From Octopus sinensis (lineage: Eukaryota), in assembly GCF_006345805.1 (NCBI RefSeq), contig NC_042999.1, positions 45,322,001 through 45,386,000 of the forward strand: a stretch of 64,000 bases of DNA, read 5' to 3'. Below, one piece after another: positions 51,901 to 64,000 of this stretch; the first letter of the stretch is position 1, and each line of letters opens with the position of its first letter. The position numbers were made by a program, and so were the translations under genes. Below the pieces are notes generated by a model, which was not told where the DNA came from, made no database searches, and saw only the letters and a list, made by a program, of their open reading frames with translations.

Positions 51901-52144
51901 CAATATCAAGGCGCAACGACATCTGACCGAATGTGGCTATTGGTGACGAGTCAATAGCGTGCAAGATGACGTTAGATCGCTTTGGCCTGTCAGTTGTGCA
52001 ACGCAGAGGCCAAATACTGCAACAAGAACCAGTGTCTACCATGAAGTTTTTCTTCGACACTAGATCTTTAACAAAGAATGCACGATAACCAGAAAATGTT
52101 GTGGAGGAAGTTGACGTGCTCAAATTCTCCGAATCTAGTTTAAA
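48932..52144 (-). CDS. pol: Ty3/Gypsy Pol: protease, RT, RNase H, integrase (intact, entered by -1 frameshift)
   Basis: VDTGS protease, [17 protein letters not shown] RNase H, HHCC zinc finger, D-D-E core (HLDLVGP, TDRGRQF, VERFHR) and GPF motif; more than 1060 uninterrupted codons. Confidence 0.97.
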   Translation of the reverse strand, partial: FKLDSENLSTSTSSTTFSGYRAFFVKDLVSKKNFMVDTGSCCSIWPLRCTTDRPKRSNVILHAIDSSPIATFGQMSLRLDIGLRRDFRWVFVIADIPHPILGADFLDKFDLLVDVRRRRLVDSSTTLSTPTGESTNLALSPTFFVGTSGDVFHSLLASFPELYDVTFRVAKPLHSTRHFITTTGPPVFSRPRRLAPDRLKTARAEFEHMLQLGLIRPSTSPWASPLHLVRKGDTDFRPVGDYRRLNAVTIPDKYPIRILNDFSANLHGCTIFSKVDLIRAYHQIPVNSDDIPKTAITTPFGCFEFLFMSFGLRNATSTFQRFIDEVVCGLDFVFAYVDDILIASDMHENHLLHLSQLFQRLRDYGVRINPDKCVFGQPSLNFLGHYIDSRGIKPLSSKVDAIQRIAPPSSLRQLRHFLGIVNFYRRFIDRCADKLLPLTQMLKGNSKKDARLTLSAEALSAFELVKKELASVPILAHPAPNAPLTLSVDASESAIGAVLQHTVEGEVKPLAFFSCQLKPAECRYSTFDRELLAIYLSVRHFQHQLEGREFVIYTDHKPLTFALSSKTDKLSPRAFRHLDYISQFTSDIRHVPGSENVPADALSRLPVNSISSPAAIDLTAISQEQPPLEELDLTSPKFINCKFDYLPLPTAEGSILCDVSTGSPRPLVPEKHQRSVFDALHSLSHPGISATVKLVTARFFWPNMRRSITSWARSCLRCQSAKVHRHVRAPLGQFSSPEARFRHIHLDLVGPWPVSRGFSYILTCIDRFSRWPEAIPIADISAETVARAFVSNWISRYGVPYSLTTDRGRQFESALFRELSRILGMHHIRTTSYHPASNGMVERFHRQLKAALRASPNPQTWTEFLPIVLLGCRTAIKADLGFSSAELLYGTTLALPDTMLVPDKSQSLNLESYVARLRRYFSALPPMDPRRQNPPSSVPSDLNSWTLVFIRDDSVKGPLVSPYKGPFRVISRTPKVFKLEINGRSETVSVDRLKRAYFEVSTSFNDPTATTIVEPSHAPLTTPLFTHAPLSTPTSTTPPSSSQPASNRPYVTRSGRTVHWPKKLSKTIYI

Positions 52145-52863
52145 GACTTATAAGTGCATGGCTGTGTGCACCTATGTGCATTCTCTCCATACTTGGAGTG
52201 GTACCAACACAGTCCAGACTTAGACTGTGTTGATCTCGAGGATGAACGACTGCGACTTCGCGATTTTGAAGATCGCTTACCATCGCTTACCATCGCGTCC
52301 ATCCTTTTAGTGAGGGTTTCTATTAGTTTAGAAAGCCCCTCAATTGAGGCCAAAGAGGTCTGTGAACAGGCACAAGCAGACCGTGACGATGGTTGAACGG
52401 CAAATTCAACCATCTTATCAGCCATCGTTGCTATTTGGTCCACTGTATTTGTCTCTAAGCCGGTTGCCAAAACGGTCTGTATATAGGCGGGCAACCTCGA
52501 GAAAAAGATCTTCCGAAGGAGGGGGGCATCTGATGCATTACCACTTAACTCCCTCAGTCTTCGTAAAAACTCTGACGGAGTTCTGTCCCCTAGTTGCTCA
52601 TCTGCCATTAACTCATTGAAACGACTTTCCTCGCTTCGTGTATTTCTTTTTTCAACCTCTAATCTAACAGACGCATAAGTAGCGCCTGGACTAGGGTCTG
52701 TAATAAGGTCCCTTGCTGAAGATGCCAGTTGCGGCGGCATGCAACCATAAAGGATTTCCAACTGCTGCTCGGGAGTAATACTTTGTGCACGAAATTGTGC
52801 CTCTAACTGTGAAAACCACAGTGTGGCATCACCTGTAAAAGTAGGTAACGAACCCATAAACAT
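52135..52863 (-). CDS. gag: Ty3/Gypsy Gag
   Basis: [33 protein letters not shown] and C-terminal [18 protein letters not shown], typical of invertebrate Gypsy gags. Confidence 0.92.
   Translation of the reverse strand: MFMGSLPTFTGDATLWFSQLEAQFRAQSITPEQQLEILYGCMPPQLASSARDLITDPSPGATYASVRLEVEKRNTRSEESRFNELMADEQLGDRTPSEFLRRLRELSGNASDAPLLRKIFFSRLPAYIQTVLATGLETNTVDQIATMADKMVEFAVQPSSRSACACSQTSLASIEGLSKLIETLTKRMDAMVSDGKRSSKSRSRSRSSSRSTQSKSGLCWYHSKYGENAHRCTQPCTYKSLN
52138..52144 (-). promoter_or_regulatory. -1 ribosomal frameshift slippery heptamer T TTA AAC
   Basis: Directly precedes the gag TAG; the -1 frame is open into pol. Confidence 0.85.
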
Positions 52864-52898
52864 CTTGTAGCCTTTTATTCACTAGATGACTCTGTCAA

Positions 52899-53125
52899 AT
52901 TAAAAGACACAAAACTGTTAGATTCACACAACATTTAAATTTAATTTGTGTCAAAATATTTTTGTCACCTTGAAACCGTGATCTATTCACTGACAAAATT
53001 TCATGTTTGCTTGTCAGTGAACAGGTTGTGATTTCAAAGCGATGAAAATATTTTGACACAAATTAAATTTAAATGTTGTGTGAATGTAACAGTTTTGTGT
53101 CTTTTAAATGGCTTATAAACACCTT
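52899..53125. mobile_element. Hairpin/MITE-like element
   Basis: 61-bp arms (52899-52961 / 53047-53110) with one mismatch, plus inner TTCACTGACAA/TTGTCAGTGAA. Confidence 0.8.
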
Positions 53126-53459
53126 CCACAAACAAATATATATATATATACATATATATACATACATAGACACACAAATACACATACACACACACATATG
53201 TGTATATGTCTACGGTTGTCTTTATGCTTATATTAGTTTCCCACCACTGTCACTTGACAACCAGTGTTTGTTTGTTTACATCCTTATAGCTTAATGGCTC
53301 GGCAAAAGAGATCACTAAAATTAGTACCAGGCTTTAAAAAAAAGCAAAAGAAAACAAGTACTGTGCTCTATTTGTTTAACTCAATCTTCCAAGGTGGTGT
53401 TCCAGCATGGTCATAGTCTATTGACTGAAAGAAGTAAAAGATAACAGATAACAGATACT

Positions 53460-53654
53460 CTTTTACTCTTTGACTGTGGCTATGCTGGAGCACCGCCTTT
53501 AGTCAAGCAAATCGATCCCAGGACTTATTCTTTGTTAGCCTGGTACTTATTCTATCGGTCTCTATTGCCGAACCACTAAATTACGGGTACGTAACACACC
53601 AGCATTGGTTGTCAAGTGATGTTTGGGGGAACAAACAAAGACACACAAATGTAT

Positions 53655-53687
<33 letters not shown>

Positions 53688-53845
53688 CGATGGGCTTCTT
53701 TCAGTTTCCGTCTACCAAATCCACTCATCAGGCTTTGGTCGGCTCGAGGCTAAGTAGAAGACACTTGCCCAAGGTGCCACGCAGTGGGACTGAACCCGGA
53801 ACTATGAGGTTGGTAAGCAAGCTACTTACCACACAGCCACTCCTG
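53460..53845 (-). mobile_element. SINE family B
   Basis: Reverse full-length match. Confidence 0.85.
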
Positions 53846-54217
53846 TATTATTTTATTTTTAATTATTTGAGCAATAGTTTCATTTGTAACTTTTGGGAAC
53901 TACTGATCAAGTCAGCAACATAATTGATTATGCGAAAACAGAGAGAGACAGGACAAATCACTATATAATTGATATGCTTTCAGATCAAGAAACTCTCCAA
54001 AGATTTATACAGGAAATTCTTTTTGGAAATTTTAATGTAAGTCTTCATGAAAGTGAAAAACACTTGAAGTAAAACAATTTGGACAATAGGTGCAGGTGTA
54101 ACCATTTGGTTGAGAAGTATAGCATGATAGCTACAAGGTTCTGGTTTCAATCTTGTCTTGTGGTGCTTTGAATAAATGTCTTTTGCTGCAGTGCTTTCTA
54201 CTAGTTGTCATGTTTAA

Positions 54218-54437
54218 CCCTTTCGTTACCAACCCGGCTGAAACTGGCTCTGGCTCTGAGTACAAATGTCTTGTTTTCATAAGTTTTGAATTAAAATTTC
54301 CCACAAAACTTTAGTCACAATTTATGTTCCTAAAACTAGCTTAATGATAACTAAGTTATTTTGTTAAATTATTTGTTATATTTAAAGTAATTGAAAGAAA
54401 CACAGAGCGTCTCAAAATAAATACTGTAATGAAAGGG
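54218..54437. mobile_element. piggyBac-type MITE
   Basis: TTAA-CCCTTTCGTTAC...GTAATGAAAGGG-TTAA; homologous to 42344-42564. Confidence 0.85.
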
Positions 54438-56159
54438 TTAAAAGTGTTGTCACAAACCAAAGAGCAATGATAATGAAAATTCTCAGTTTTAATTACTCTG
54501 CAGAAAAGGTGGAAAAAAGCCAAATTTGCTATCTTCCGATTGGTTTTTGTGCCTGACTTCATGTATGGTCATGAATGATGGATAATTACTGAAAGAATAT
54601 GATTGCGAAGACAAGCAGCCAAAATGGGGCCACCTCTTAATGATTTGTAGAATAATGTTCCTCCACAGAATAAGAAGTTAAGAAATCAAGGAATTTCTCT
54701 AGGTGGAGTTATTGAGAGTTATTATCAGCAGTGGGTTGTGGTCACATTGGAGAAATATTTGTATTCAGGTTATATCATGACTGTCGTTTGCAAGTGAATA
54801 TAACTTGGTAATATGTACTGTAGCTGGTTGGTATGTGTATATGTGATTGTGTGTGAATGATGTAACAACACCAAGCAAACTTAATAGTAACTTTTAATTC
54901 ACTGCATGAGTTGGTCATAAATTATAAAGTTGGTCATGAATAATAAAATTGCAACATCAAGTCAACTCAGTTGAAAGAATAATTCTGTAGCATTCATAAT
55001 TAGTTGATTAGAAAAGCTTGTTACAAAAGCATGTCAAGACAAGAGAAAATATACTCAGTAGCTTTATTTCAGCTAGCTAAATCAGCATAACCAAGTTGAG
55101 CAGATAGCTGTGAAAACAACCATTACAAAAGTGAAAGAGTGTGTGTAGCTACAAAGGTGAAAGAGTGTGTGTAGCATGTTCACAAGTTACCATATAATCT
55201 GTTAATTAGTGCTAAAACTAGCCTTTATTTAACCATTGTAGGGAAAAGTTCTAAAGGGATCTAGATTGATCTAACAAATGAAGTCTGGTAAATGATTGGC
55301 CAATAACTCGGCCTTCCATGTGAACAAGCCATTGTTATGTCATGATTTTAACTTTGTAATTTGACAATACATGTTCAAGTCTCACTGCAGTATCATAGAA
55401 GCCCATGCAATTATGAACAGACATAAACATCCTCTTGATTTTCCTACTCGTGACCCAGCAGAACATTGTGGATGTGATAGCTGGAGTGATAGAGGGCTGT
55501 TCTAGCAATTGACTTGTACTCATTACGGGCCAGGAAGATTGGAGCAAAAATGAAATGAAGTGCCTTGCTAAATGACATAATGCACAGCCTTGTTTAAGAA
55601 TTGAACACACTGTCTTATGACCATAAGCTGAACACTTTTACCTACAAAGCCATGTGACTTCACAATTCAGATGAAGTTAGTGTTAAAGTAATTGATGTGA
55701 AGTGTGTCAAAAAGTTAACTTGAAATAATTATTTGGTGAGATAAAAAAAACAAACACAAAACTAATCGCCAATGTTTTGAAAGGTATTTTGACAAGTGTG
55801 AGAGACAAGTCCAGACATGTTATGATATCATTGTATTTGACTTCATCAGAATGATGGATTGTCTGAATTGCAAGAGTATTGGACAAAGTACTTTGCAATA
55901 TTTAGTTACAATTCATTACATTCTGAGTTCAAATCTCACTAAGGTCAATTTTTTTTTAACCTTTCATCCCTTAGTGGTTGATAAAATAAAGTAGCAGTCA
56001 AGTAATGGGGTCATATAATTGACTGTTCCATTTTCTTCTAAATTTCTAGGTCTGTGCTTATATCAGAAACATATAGTTTGACAAGTATGTGAAACAACTT
56101 CAGTCATGTTTTTGGTATCATTATACGTGATTTCCTGAACCAGAACTGTAAACGCATTG

Positions 56160-56313
56160 CGCAATGTGCTTAGCAGCATTTAGTCTGTCTTTCTGTTGTG
56201 AGTTCAAATCCTGCTAAGGTCGACTTTGCCTTTCATCCTTTTGGGGTCAATAAAATAAGTACCAATTTCAGGCCTTGTGCCTATAGCAGAACGGATTGTT
56301 ATAATCATCATCA

Positions 56314-56375
<62 letters not shown>

Positions 56376-57121
56376 GAGTGAGAGTAAAATATGTGCGCAA
56401 CATGGTGATCTCATATCAACATAAACAGTGCATGACCTTGCAGGTGAGGCCCAGTTAGAATTTCCTTCTGGTCGAGTAACCCATCCCACTCAAAAGGTCC
56501 CTGAATAGGGATTGTTTAAGGATGTTGAACGAACCAACCATGTTTCCAAAGGTGAATTATCCAAACCTCTAAGAATTCCGTTCAACACATGGCTATGATG
56601 CTCCCCCACTACTTCAGCCACTAAGGGACATGCTCAACTGGTTAAGGTCAAACAACTGACAAGCAAATCTGTGGTATTGAGCAGAATATTTGCTGTAGCC
56701 CATCTTTTATACCAAGACAAAACAATGTACATGATAACACTTCCAATCAGTTAAAATCAGGAACCCTGAGAGCCACTGTCTGGTTCTGCATCAGGGCATT
56801 TATCATTATTATTATTATTATTATTATTACTATTATTATTATTGTTATTATTATTATTATTATTAAAGTTGACAAGCTGTCAGAATCATTAGCACACTGG
56901 GTGAAATGCTTAGCATATTTCATCAGCTGCTATATTCTGAGTTCGAATTCCACCAAGGTTGACTTTGCCTTTCATCATCTTGTGGTCGATAAATTTAGTA
57001 CCAGTGAAATTCTGGGGTCGATGTCATCAAATAGTCCCCTCCCACAAAATTTCAGGCCTTGTGCCTATAGTAGAAAGAATTATTATTATCATTGTCATCG
57101 TTATTATTACTATTATCATTA

Positions 57122-57174
<53 letters not shown>

Positions 57175-57455
57175 TAGTTTTATTTTTATAGTGTGCTTTC
57201 ACTTCACTACCGAGCGCAGCTCTGTGTGCCTTGGGTATGTGCTGTGATTTGTTGTGATGCTCTGATGGTTATTGTATGGAAAGTGTTCTGCGTAGGATGT
57301 GTGCAGTGCCTAGTAGTGCAATTTTCTGTATGTTATATGTGTTTGTAAATCCTGGTGTTTTTGTTATGTATTTGTAAATCCTGGTGTTTTTGTTATGTAT
57401 TTATAAATCCTGGTGTTTTTGTTATGTATTTATAAATCCTGGTGTTTTTGTTATG

Positions 57456-57531
<76 letters not shown>

Positions 57532-58060
57532 CATGTAAGGTGACAAGCTGGCAGAATCATTAGCATACTGGATGAAATGCTTAGCAGTATTTCATCAGCT
57601 GCTATGTTCTGAGTTCAAATTCCGCCGAGGTTGACTTTGCCTTTCATCCTTTTGGGGTCGATAAAATAAGTACCAGTTGAATACAGGGGTCAATGTAATT
57701 GACTATCTCCTTCCCATAAAATTTCAGGCCATGTTCCTATAGTAGAAAGAATTATGTATGATTTCCTAAGGCAGAGACATGGCAGAATCATAAACACATT
57801 GGACAAAATGCTGCTAAGCATTTTGTCCATTTTTTTATGTTCTAAGTTCAAATTCTGCTGAGGTCAGCTTTGCCTTTTATCCTTTTAGGGTCGATGTAAC
57901 TGACTTATCTTTGCTTCAAAATTGCTGGCTTTGTGCCAAAATTTGAAACCATTATATATGCTTTCATGAAATTGGTGAGCTAGCAGAATACTTACTGTGC
58001 CAGACAAAATACTTAGTGGCATATTGTCCCTCTCAATGTTCTGATCTCAAATTCCACTGA
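56160..58060 (+). mobile_element. Cluster of family A SINE copies interleaved with (TTA)n arrays
   Basis: Copies at about 56160, 56870, 57535, 57770 and 57975. Confidence 0.75.
57169..57460 (-). mobile_element. Third R4/Dong-like 3' fragment
   Basis: Reverse match to 43750-43950; (TTA)n on both sides; 4 x 29-bp reiteration at its 5' junction. Confidence 0.9.
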
Positions 58061-60066
58061 GGTTGTCTTTGCCAATTCATTGGCTCAGGGTTCATCATTA
58101 TGATGATGATCATCATCATCATTTAGCGTCCGTCTTCGATGCTGGTATGAGTTAATAATTATGAGTTGAACTGGAGTGGGGTGTGAAAGTAATTGACTAA
58201 CCACTGCCTCCCCAAAATTCTGACCTTGTACATCATTATCAACACCATCATTATCATTGTTTAACGTCCATTTTCCATGCTAGCATGGGTTGGACAGTAG
58301 AAAAGATTATGTATGGTTTCATTCTAGCAATCTATTTTCTGAGTTGAAATCTTGCTGAGGTAAGCTTTGCTCTTTATTTTTCTGTAGTTGGTAAAATATA
58401 TACTAGTTGAGTACTGAAAAGGTAAGGCAAAGTTTACTTCTTGAGTCATACTGACTCCTAAGGGTCAGTTTCCCAATTCCACAACTGGATAGGACACCAG
58501 TCCATCACAGGATTACTCATTTTTGCCAGCTCAGTGGACTGCAGCAACATGAAATGAAGTGTTTTGCTCAAGAACACAACATGTTGTCCAGTCCAGGAAT
58601 CGAAACCACAATCTTATGATCACGAGTCCAATACCTTAACTGCTAAGCCACACATTACCACTAGTTGAGTACTGGTACTGATGCAATTGAATAAACCTTC
58701 CCTCAAAATTTCAGGCTTTATGACTATATTACTTACAAAGGATTATATATAACTTCATAGACAACGAAGCACTGATTTCACTGCACTTGCTGAAGTAATG
58801 TTGTAAGAATATCTAAGCTGATGTGAATGAAATATCATAGATTTTTGTAGAAAAATAGAATTGTTTAGAGAATAATTAACAGAAGGACAACACTTGCATG
58901 GAAAACAATGATTAAATTTTAAAACGGTATTGTATTGCATCATCACGTCACAACCAATCTTCCGACTGAGCCAAAAGAGCTTACATTTCCATAGCTCTTC
59001 AAAATTACTTGATACCATCTGTCATTTACAATTCTTCACAGAAGCGTTACCATTTCTGTTTACTTATTTATTTATTTACTTATTCATTTATTTTACTTTG
59101 TCAGTGACAGGTATGATTTGAACTCTGGATTAACGGAGGTATCTTTGTTTTGTATACTTTCTGCATTCTGAATACGAATTCTTTTGAGATCAACTTGCGA
59201 TGTAGGAAAATAATTAATATTTTCAAAGCATGAACGTGTTATATTTGTTTTATATTTGTTTTTTATTTGTTATTGTTTTTAACGGTTTCACTCATAAGTG
59301 TGTGACTATGTGGGGTGGGGGGGATCGTTCAAGTGAGGAGTCAAACCTATCAGGCCCTGGTATTTATTTTATCAAGTTTTATTTGTGGAACCGCTAAATT
59401 GCAAGACATTAAGAGGGGGACACATAAACACACACACAAACATGTGTGCATATTATTGTGTCATATATATCATCATCATCATCATCATCATTTAACGTCT
59501 GCTTTCCATGCTGGCATGGGTTAGATGGTTTCACAGCTGAATGGCTGTTCAAGCTTCCTGCCTGTTTTTGCATGGTTTCTACAGCTGGATGCCCTTCCTA
59601 ATGCCCACCACTTTACAATGTACTGGGTGCTTTCATGTGGCACCGGCACCTATAAGCTTGTGATATTAGGGATCCTCAGCTGAAGAGGGTTGCAGGGGAC
59701 AAGCTTATATGCAAGAACAACCACACTTTTACTTAGCTTGATATATCTTTTTGAGCACAGAAAACTGCCAGGAGTCATCGCCTCTGTGAGTCCCAACCTC
59801 TGTAGCATATATATATATATATGTATATATATATGGAGATGTACTTGCATAGCAAGTGATTTGATCTGGGATCGTGTGCTGGAATGAAAACAATTGCAGC
59901 GTGAAGTGAATCGAACGGCTTTTGTGTGTTTCTTAAATGGCTTACAAACACCTTCCACACTGCAATTGTTATATATATGTATGTATATATATATATATAT
60001 ATGTAAAGGCGGTGCTCCAGCATGGCCGCAGTCAAATGACTGAAACAAGTAAAAGATTAGAAAGAT

Positions 60067-60335
<269 letters not shown>

Positions 60336-60339
60336 ATAG

Positions 60340-60730
60340 GCACTGGAGTGGCTGTGTGGTAAGTAGTTTGCTTACCAGCCACCTGGTTCTGGGTTCAGTC
60401 CCACTGCGTGGCACCTTGGGCAAATGTCTTCTACTATAGCTTCGGGCCGTCCAAAGCCTTGTAAGTACATTTGGTAGATGGAAACTAAAAGAAGCCCGTC
60501 GTATATATGTATATGTTTGTGTGTCTGTGTTTGTTCCCCCAACATCACTTGACAACTGATATTGGTGTGCTTACATTCCTGTAATTTGGCAGTTCAGCAA
60601 AAGAGAATGATAGAATAAGTACTAGGCTTACAAAAATAAGTCCTGAGGTTGATTTGCTCAACTAAAAGCAGTGCTCCAGCATGGGCGTAGTCAAATGACT
60701 GAAATGACTGAAACAAATAAAAGAATAAAA
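60340..60730 (+). mobile_element. SINE family B
   Basis: Full head-to-tail match. Confidence 0.85.
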
Positions 60731-60746
60731 GAATATATATATATAT

Positions 60747-61040
60747 AAGATTCTGTGATAGCCTGGGCTTCCGAGGCCCACAGCTCTTCAATATCCTCCC
60801 GAAGAACCTGAGAGACCTGCATGGGGTGGATGCAGATGTCTTTAAAATGAAGCTGGATCTCTTCCTGTCAGGTGTCCCAGATGAACCAACTTCACGGCAG
60901 GAGGGGCAGATGAGGGCGGCTGCATCGAACTCTCTCATGCACCAAATGGCAGTTGCTAGAAAGCTTTCGTGAAGTGAAACCAAGTAGCAACACCAAATGG
61001 CGGTGCCCCAGCATGGCCACAGCTCATAAGCTGAAACTAG
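60747..61040 (+). mobile_element. CR1/L2-like LINE 3' end
   Basis: Frame SLGFRGPQLFNILPKNLRD...FKMKLDLFLSGVPDEP (RT C-terminal region of CR1/L2-type LINEs); stop at 60972; short 3' UTR; (AATC)n tail. Confidence 0.8.
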
Positions 61041-61064
61041 AATCAATCAATCAATCAATCAATC

Positions 61065-61095
<31 letters not shown>

Positions 61096-61121
61096 CATAC
61101 ATACATACATACATACATACA

Positions 61122-61153
<32 letters not shown>

Positions 61154-63604
61154 CATATATATATATATATGCCATCATCAATATTTCATTTAGTCTACCA
61201 CCCTGAAAGGGTGAAAGGAAAAGTTGTTAGGATATGAACCTGCCGGTAAGAGAAACAAATATTGCAAAGTATTTTATTTGATGCTTTAATGATCTGCCTA
61301 TCAGCAGCATCTACTTAGTTGAACTAACTGCAATATTCATTGGAGCCAATGAGGAATCTCCGATCTGGTGAACCTGCTAGAAATAACAACCAAGTCTCTC
61401 TAATTTGAAATTCTGCAATTCTGCTAACTTGTGAAAACGAAAAGATAATGATACATTACAAAATGTAGTCCTAGATACACTGTGCCTGAATAAAGAAATG
61501 TAGGATGGTCATGGCTAGAATGTTTTTACTTGTCTTCACAAATCACAGGATTAACTCAACAGGACTAACTTGGAGCTAAACAGCAACTATAGTCACTATT
61601 ATTAGGCATAGTACTACGGTGGCAAGCTGGCAGAATCGTTAGTATGTCAGGCAAAATGCTTAGGGGCATTTCGTCCGTCTTTATGTTCTGAGTTTAAAGT
61701 CAACTTTGTCTTTCAGGGTCAATAAAATAAGTAAAAAAGGAAAAGCTTTTTTCTTGAGTCAAATTGACTCTATAAGGGTCAGCATTCATGGTGTATATAA
61801 TCCCCACTTGGACAAGATACCGGCCTATCACAGGATTACTTAATTTTGCCAGCTGAGTGGACTGAAACAACGTGAAATGAAGTGTTTTGCTCAAGAATTC
61901 AATGTATCCCAGTCCAGGAATCGAAACCACAATCTTGCAATTTTGAGTCCAACACACTAACCACTAAGCCACATTCCTCTACAATAAAATAAGTATCAGT
62001 TGAGCATTGAGGGTCAATATAATTGGCTTAGCTCTCCCTCAAAATTTGGGCCTTGTATGAAAATTTAAATCCAATATTTAACACAGGACTTCCATACATG
62101 AAAATCTTTTCACACACACATGCTCACACAGAAAAATTCATTTTTCTGGTGGTGGTGGTGGTGGTGGAAAGAGATTAAAAAGTGATTTGTGATTAAATCA
62201 AAGCAAAACTGAACTTCCTATCTCCACCTGTTAAGTATATTTACTCAACTACAATATGATCTCAAACATAATACAGCCTTCTCTTTTCCAACTTTAAAAT
62301 ATCAATAACATACAACTGAGAAGCACTGAAATGTAATACTATCTGTGTATGCCAGTTTTGGGAAAATTGGTAAACTGCAGCCCATAGGACTTGCTGAATG
62401 TCATATCTAATTTTATGAGGAAAATAACATTTTATAAAATTTTGGGGTTTTTTTTTTTGTAGTGCAGCTCATCTGAAGATGAACCATGTCTCATGTGGGT
62501 CAGTTCTCGTAAAAGGCTGCTCATGCCTCATGTATACTATATTGATTAGTATACTATGCATACGATAGAATACTATGTATACTATAGAAGATTACTATTG
62601 GCTCATACAACAATCTATTTCTATTCAAACATGGTAAAAAACATATAAATTTACTGAAAAATGTAACCTTATTGAACATTTGAAAAAAAAGTGTCCTTAA
62701 TTTGCATGTTTGAAAATTTTGAATATATAATTAGTTAATTTGCATATTTGATTTGATATTGAACTTGTTATAAAAACACTACAACGTAGCACACAAGTAA
62801 ACAGCATACAAAATTTGATAAGTGTGCTACTTATAGAATTGGAAACATTTCATTTACTCAAATTAATTAGACAAACTTAGTCACTTTTTCTGATCATCTC
62901 TGCATATGCAGAGAAAATTTTTTGCTGAAGAACCACATTTCAAAGTTTTCTGTTTTACAACTACAATAAATAATACACTTGATTTGTTTATAGAGTTGTT
63001 TAGTCAATTTATGTCAAAAGATTTTTTTTCAAATGAGAGGTTTAAATTACAAAAAAAAAAAAAAAACACATAAAAAAAACCATCAACATGTTTTGCCAAA
63101 TTGCATTTCATGTCAGGTTTCCCTATATTTTGAGAAAACTTTAAATAGCAATAACTTCACGGAACATTGTCTAATATGCATAATTTTATTTCACCAAATG
63201 AAATTTGTTGCCAAGATCTTTAACATATGGATAGATTTATACATGTCATTTAGATGTGAATGCTTTATTTGCCATATCTGCTAAGATGAGGGGGCAGGTG
63301 TATGGACTGGGGGGTTAAGTTTGTGGGCTGTCCGTTAGGTCAGGGGTTTGATTCTCAGACCAGAGAGCACATTATGTCTCTCAGCAAGCAAGGCACTTTA
63401 TTTTGCTTACCTGAAACTGAGCATCAGAGCCAGCTGCATGTTTAACCCACTGATGGACTGATGTCATGTTTAGAAGTGAGTCTTGTAATTCCAGTCAATT
63501 AAATACCATGAAATCTGGGACAATCTCGGCTATAAATGGGCCTGGTAGATTCATGATAGACTTTTATATTTACTAATGCAAACTAATATATTGTGCAGCC
63601 TAAG

Positions 63605-63990
63605 AGCAGTGAGCTGGCAGAAACATTAGCACACCGGACGAAATGCTTAGCGGTATTTTGTCTGCTGTTACGTTCTGAGTTCAAATTCTGCTGAGGTCGA
63701 CTTTGCTCTTCATCTTTTCAGGGTCAATAAATTAAGTACCAGTTACTGTCTGTCCTTGTTTGTGCCCTCTATGTTTAGCCTCTTGTGGGCAATAAAGAAA
63801 TAAGAAACGTTAGCATGCTGGGCAAAATGTTTAGTGGTATTTTACCTGTCTTTAACACTCTGAGTTCAAATTCTGTTGAGGTTAGCTTTGCCATTTATCC
63901 TTTCAGGGTCAATAAAATACTGGGGTAAAAGTAATCAACTTACCCCTCCCTCTTAAAATTGCTGGCTTTGTGCCAAAATGTGAAACCAAC
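63605..63990 (+). mobile_element. Two family A SINE copies in tandem
   Basis: GAGCTGGCAGAAAC head; second partial copy from ~63805. Confidence 0.8.
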
Positions 63991-64000
63991 ATATTATACA

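Noticed and set aside
49414-52619. Small ORFs overlapping gag/pol
   Set aside because: Antisense or alternative-frame shadows of the GC-rich Gypsy ORFs.
57345-57460. 29-bp direct repeats as a CRISPR-like array
   Set aside because: No spacers, eukaryotic context, and the unit is LINE coding sequence.

Overview
AT-rich, microsatellite-saturated animal intergenic or intronic DNA. The SINE families and (TA)n/(TACA)n/(TAA)n density suggest an octopus-like cephalopod (inference). No intact host gene can be supported. The window contains: a young Ty3/Gypsy LTR retrotransposon with intact gag and pol joined by a -1 slippery site, a 3' LTR and no 5' LTR; decayed Tc1 and mariner transposons and piggyBac-type MITEs; R4/Dong-like and CR1/L2-like LINE 3' ends; at least four tRNA-derived SINE families; and two diverged copies of an intron-containing LRR-like pseudogene. 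The most interesting signal is about ten type I hammerhead ribozyme motifs of the minimal, palindromic-stem-III kind known from Penelope-like elements, two with essentially canonical cores. Several sit in short outward-facing inverted-repeat units embedded in (TA)n, and one is fused behind a tRNA-like Pol III head. There are also three near-perfect palindromes with ~80-bp arms. Most ORFs in the supplied track are microsatellite or SINE artefacts.
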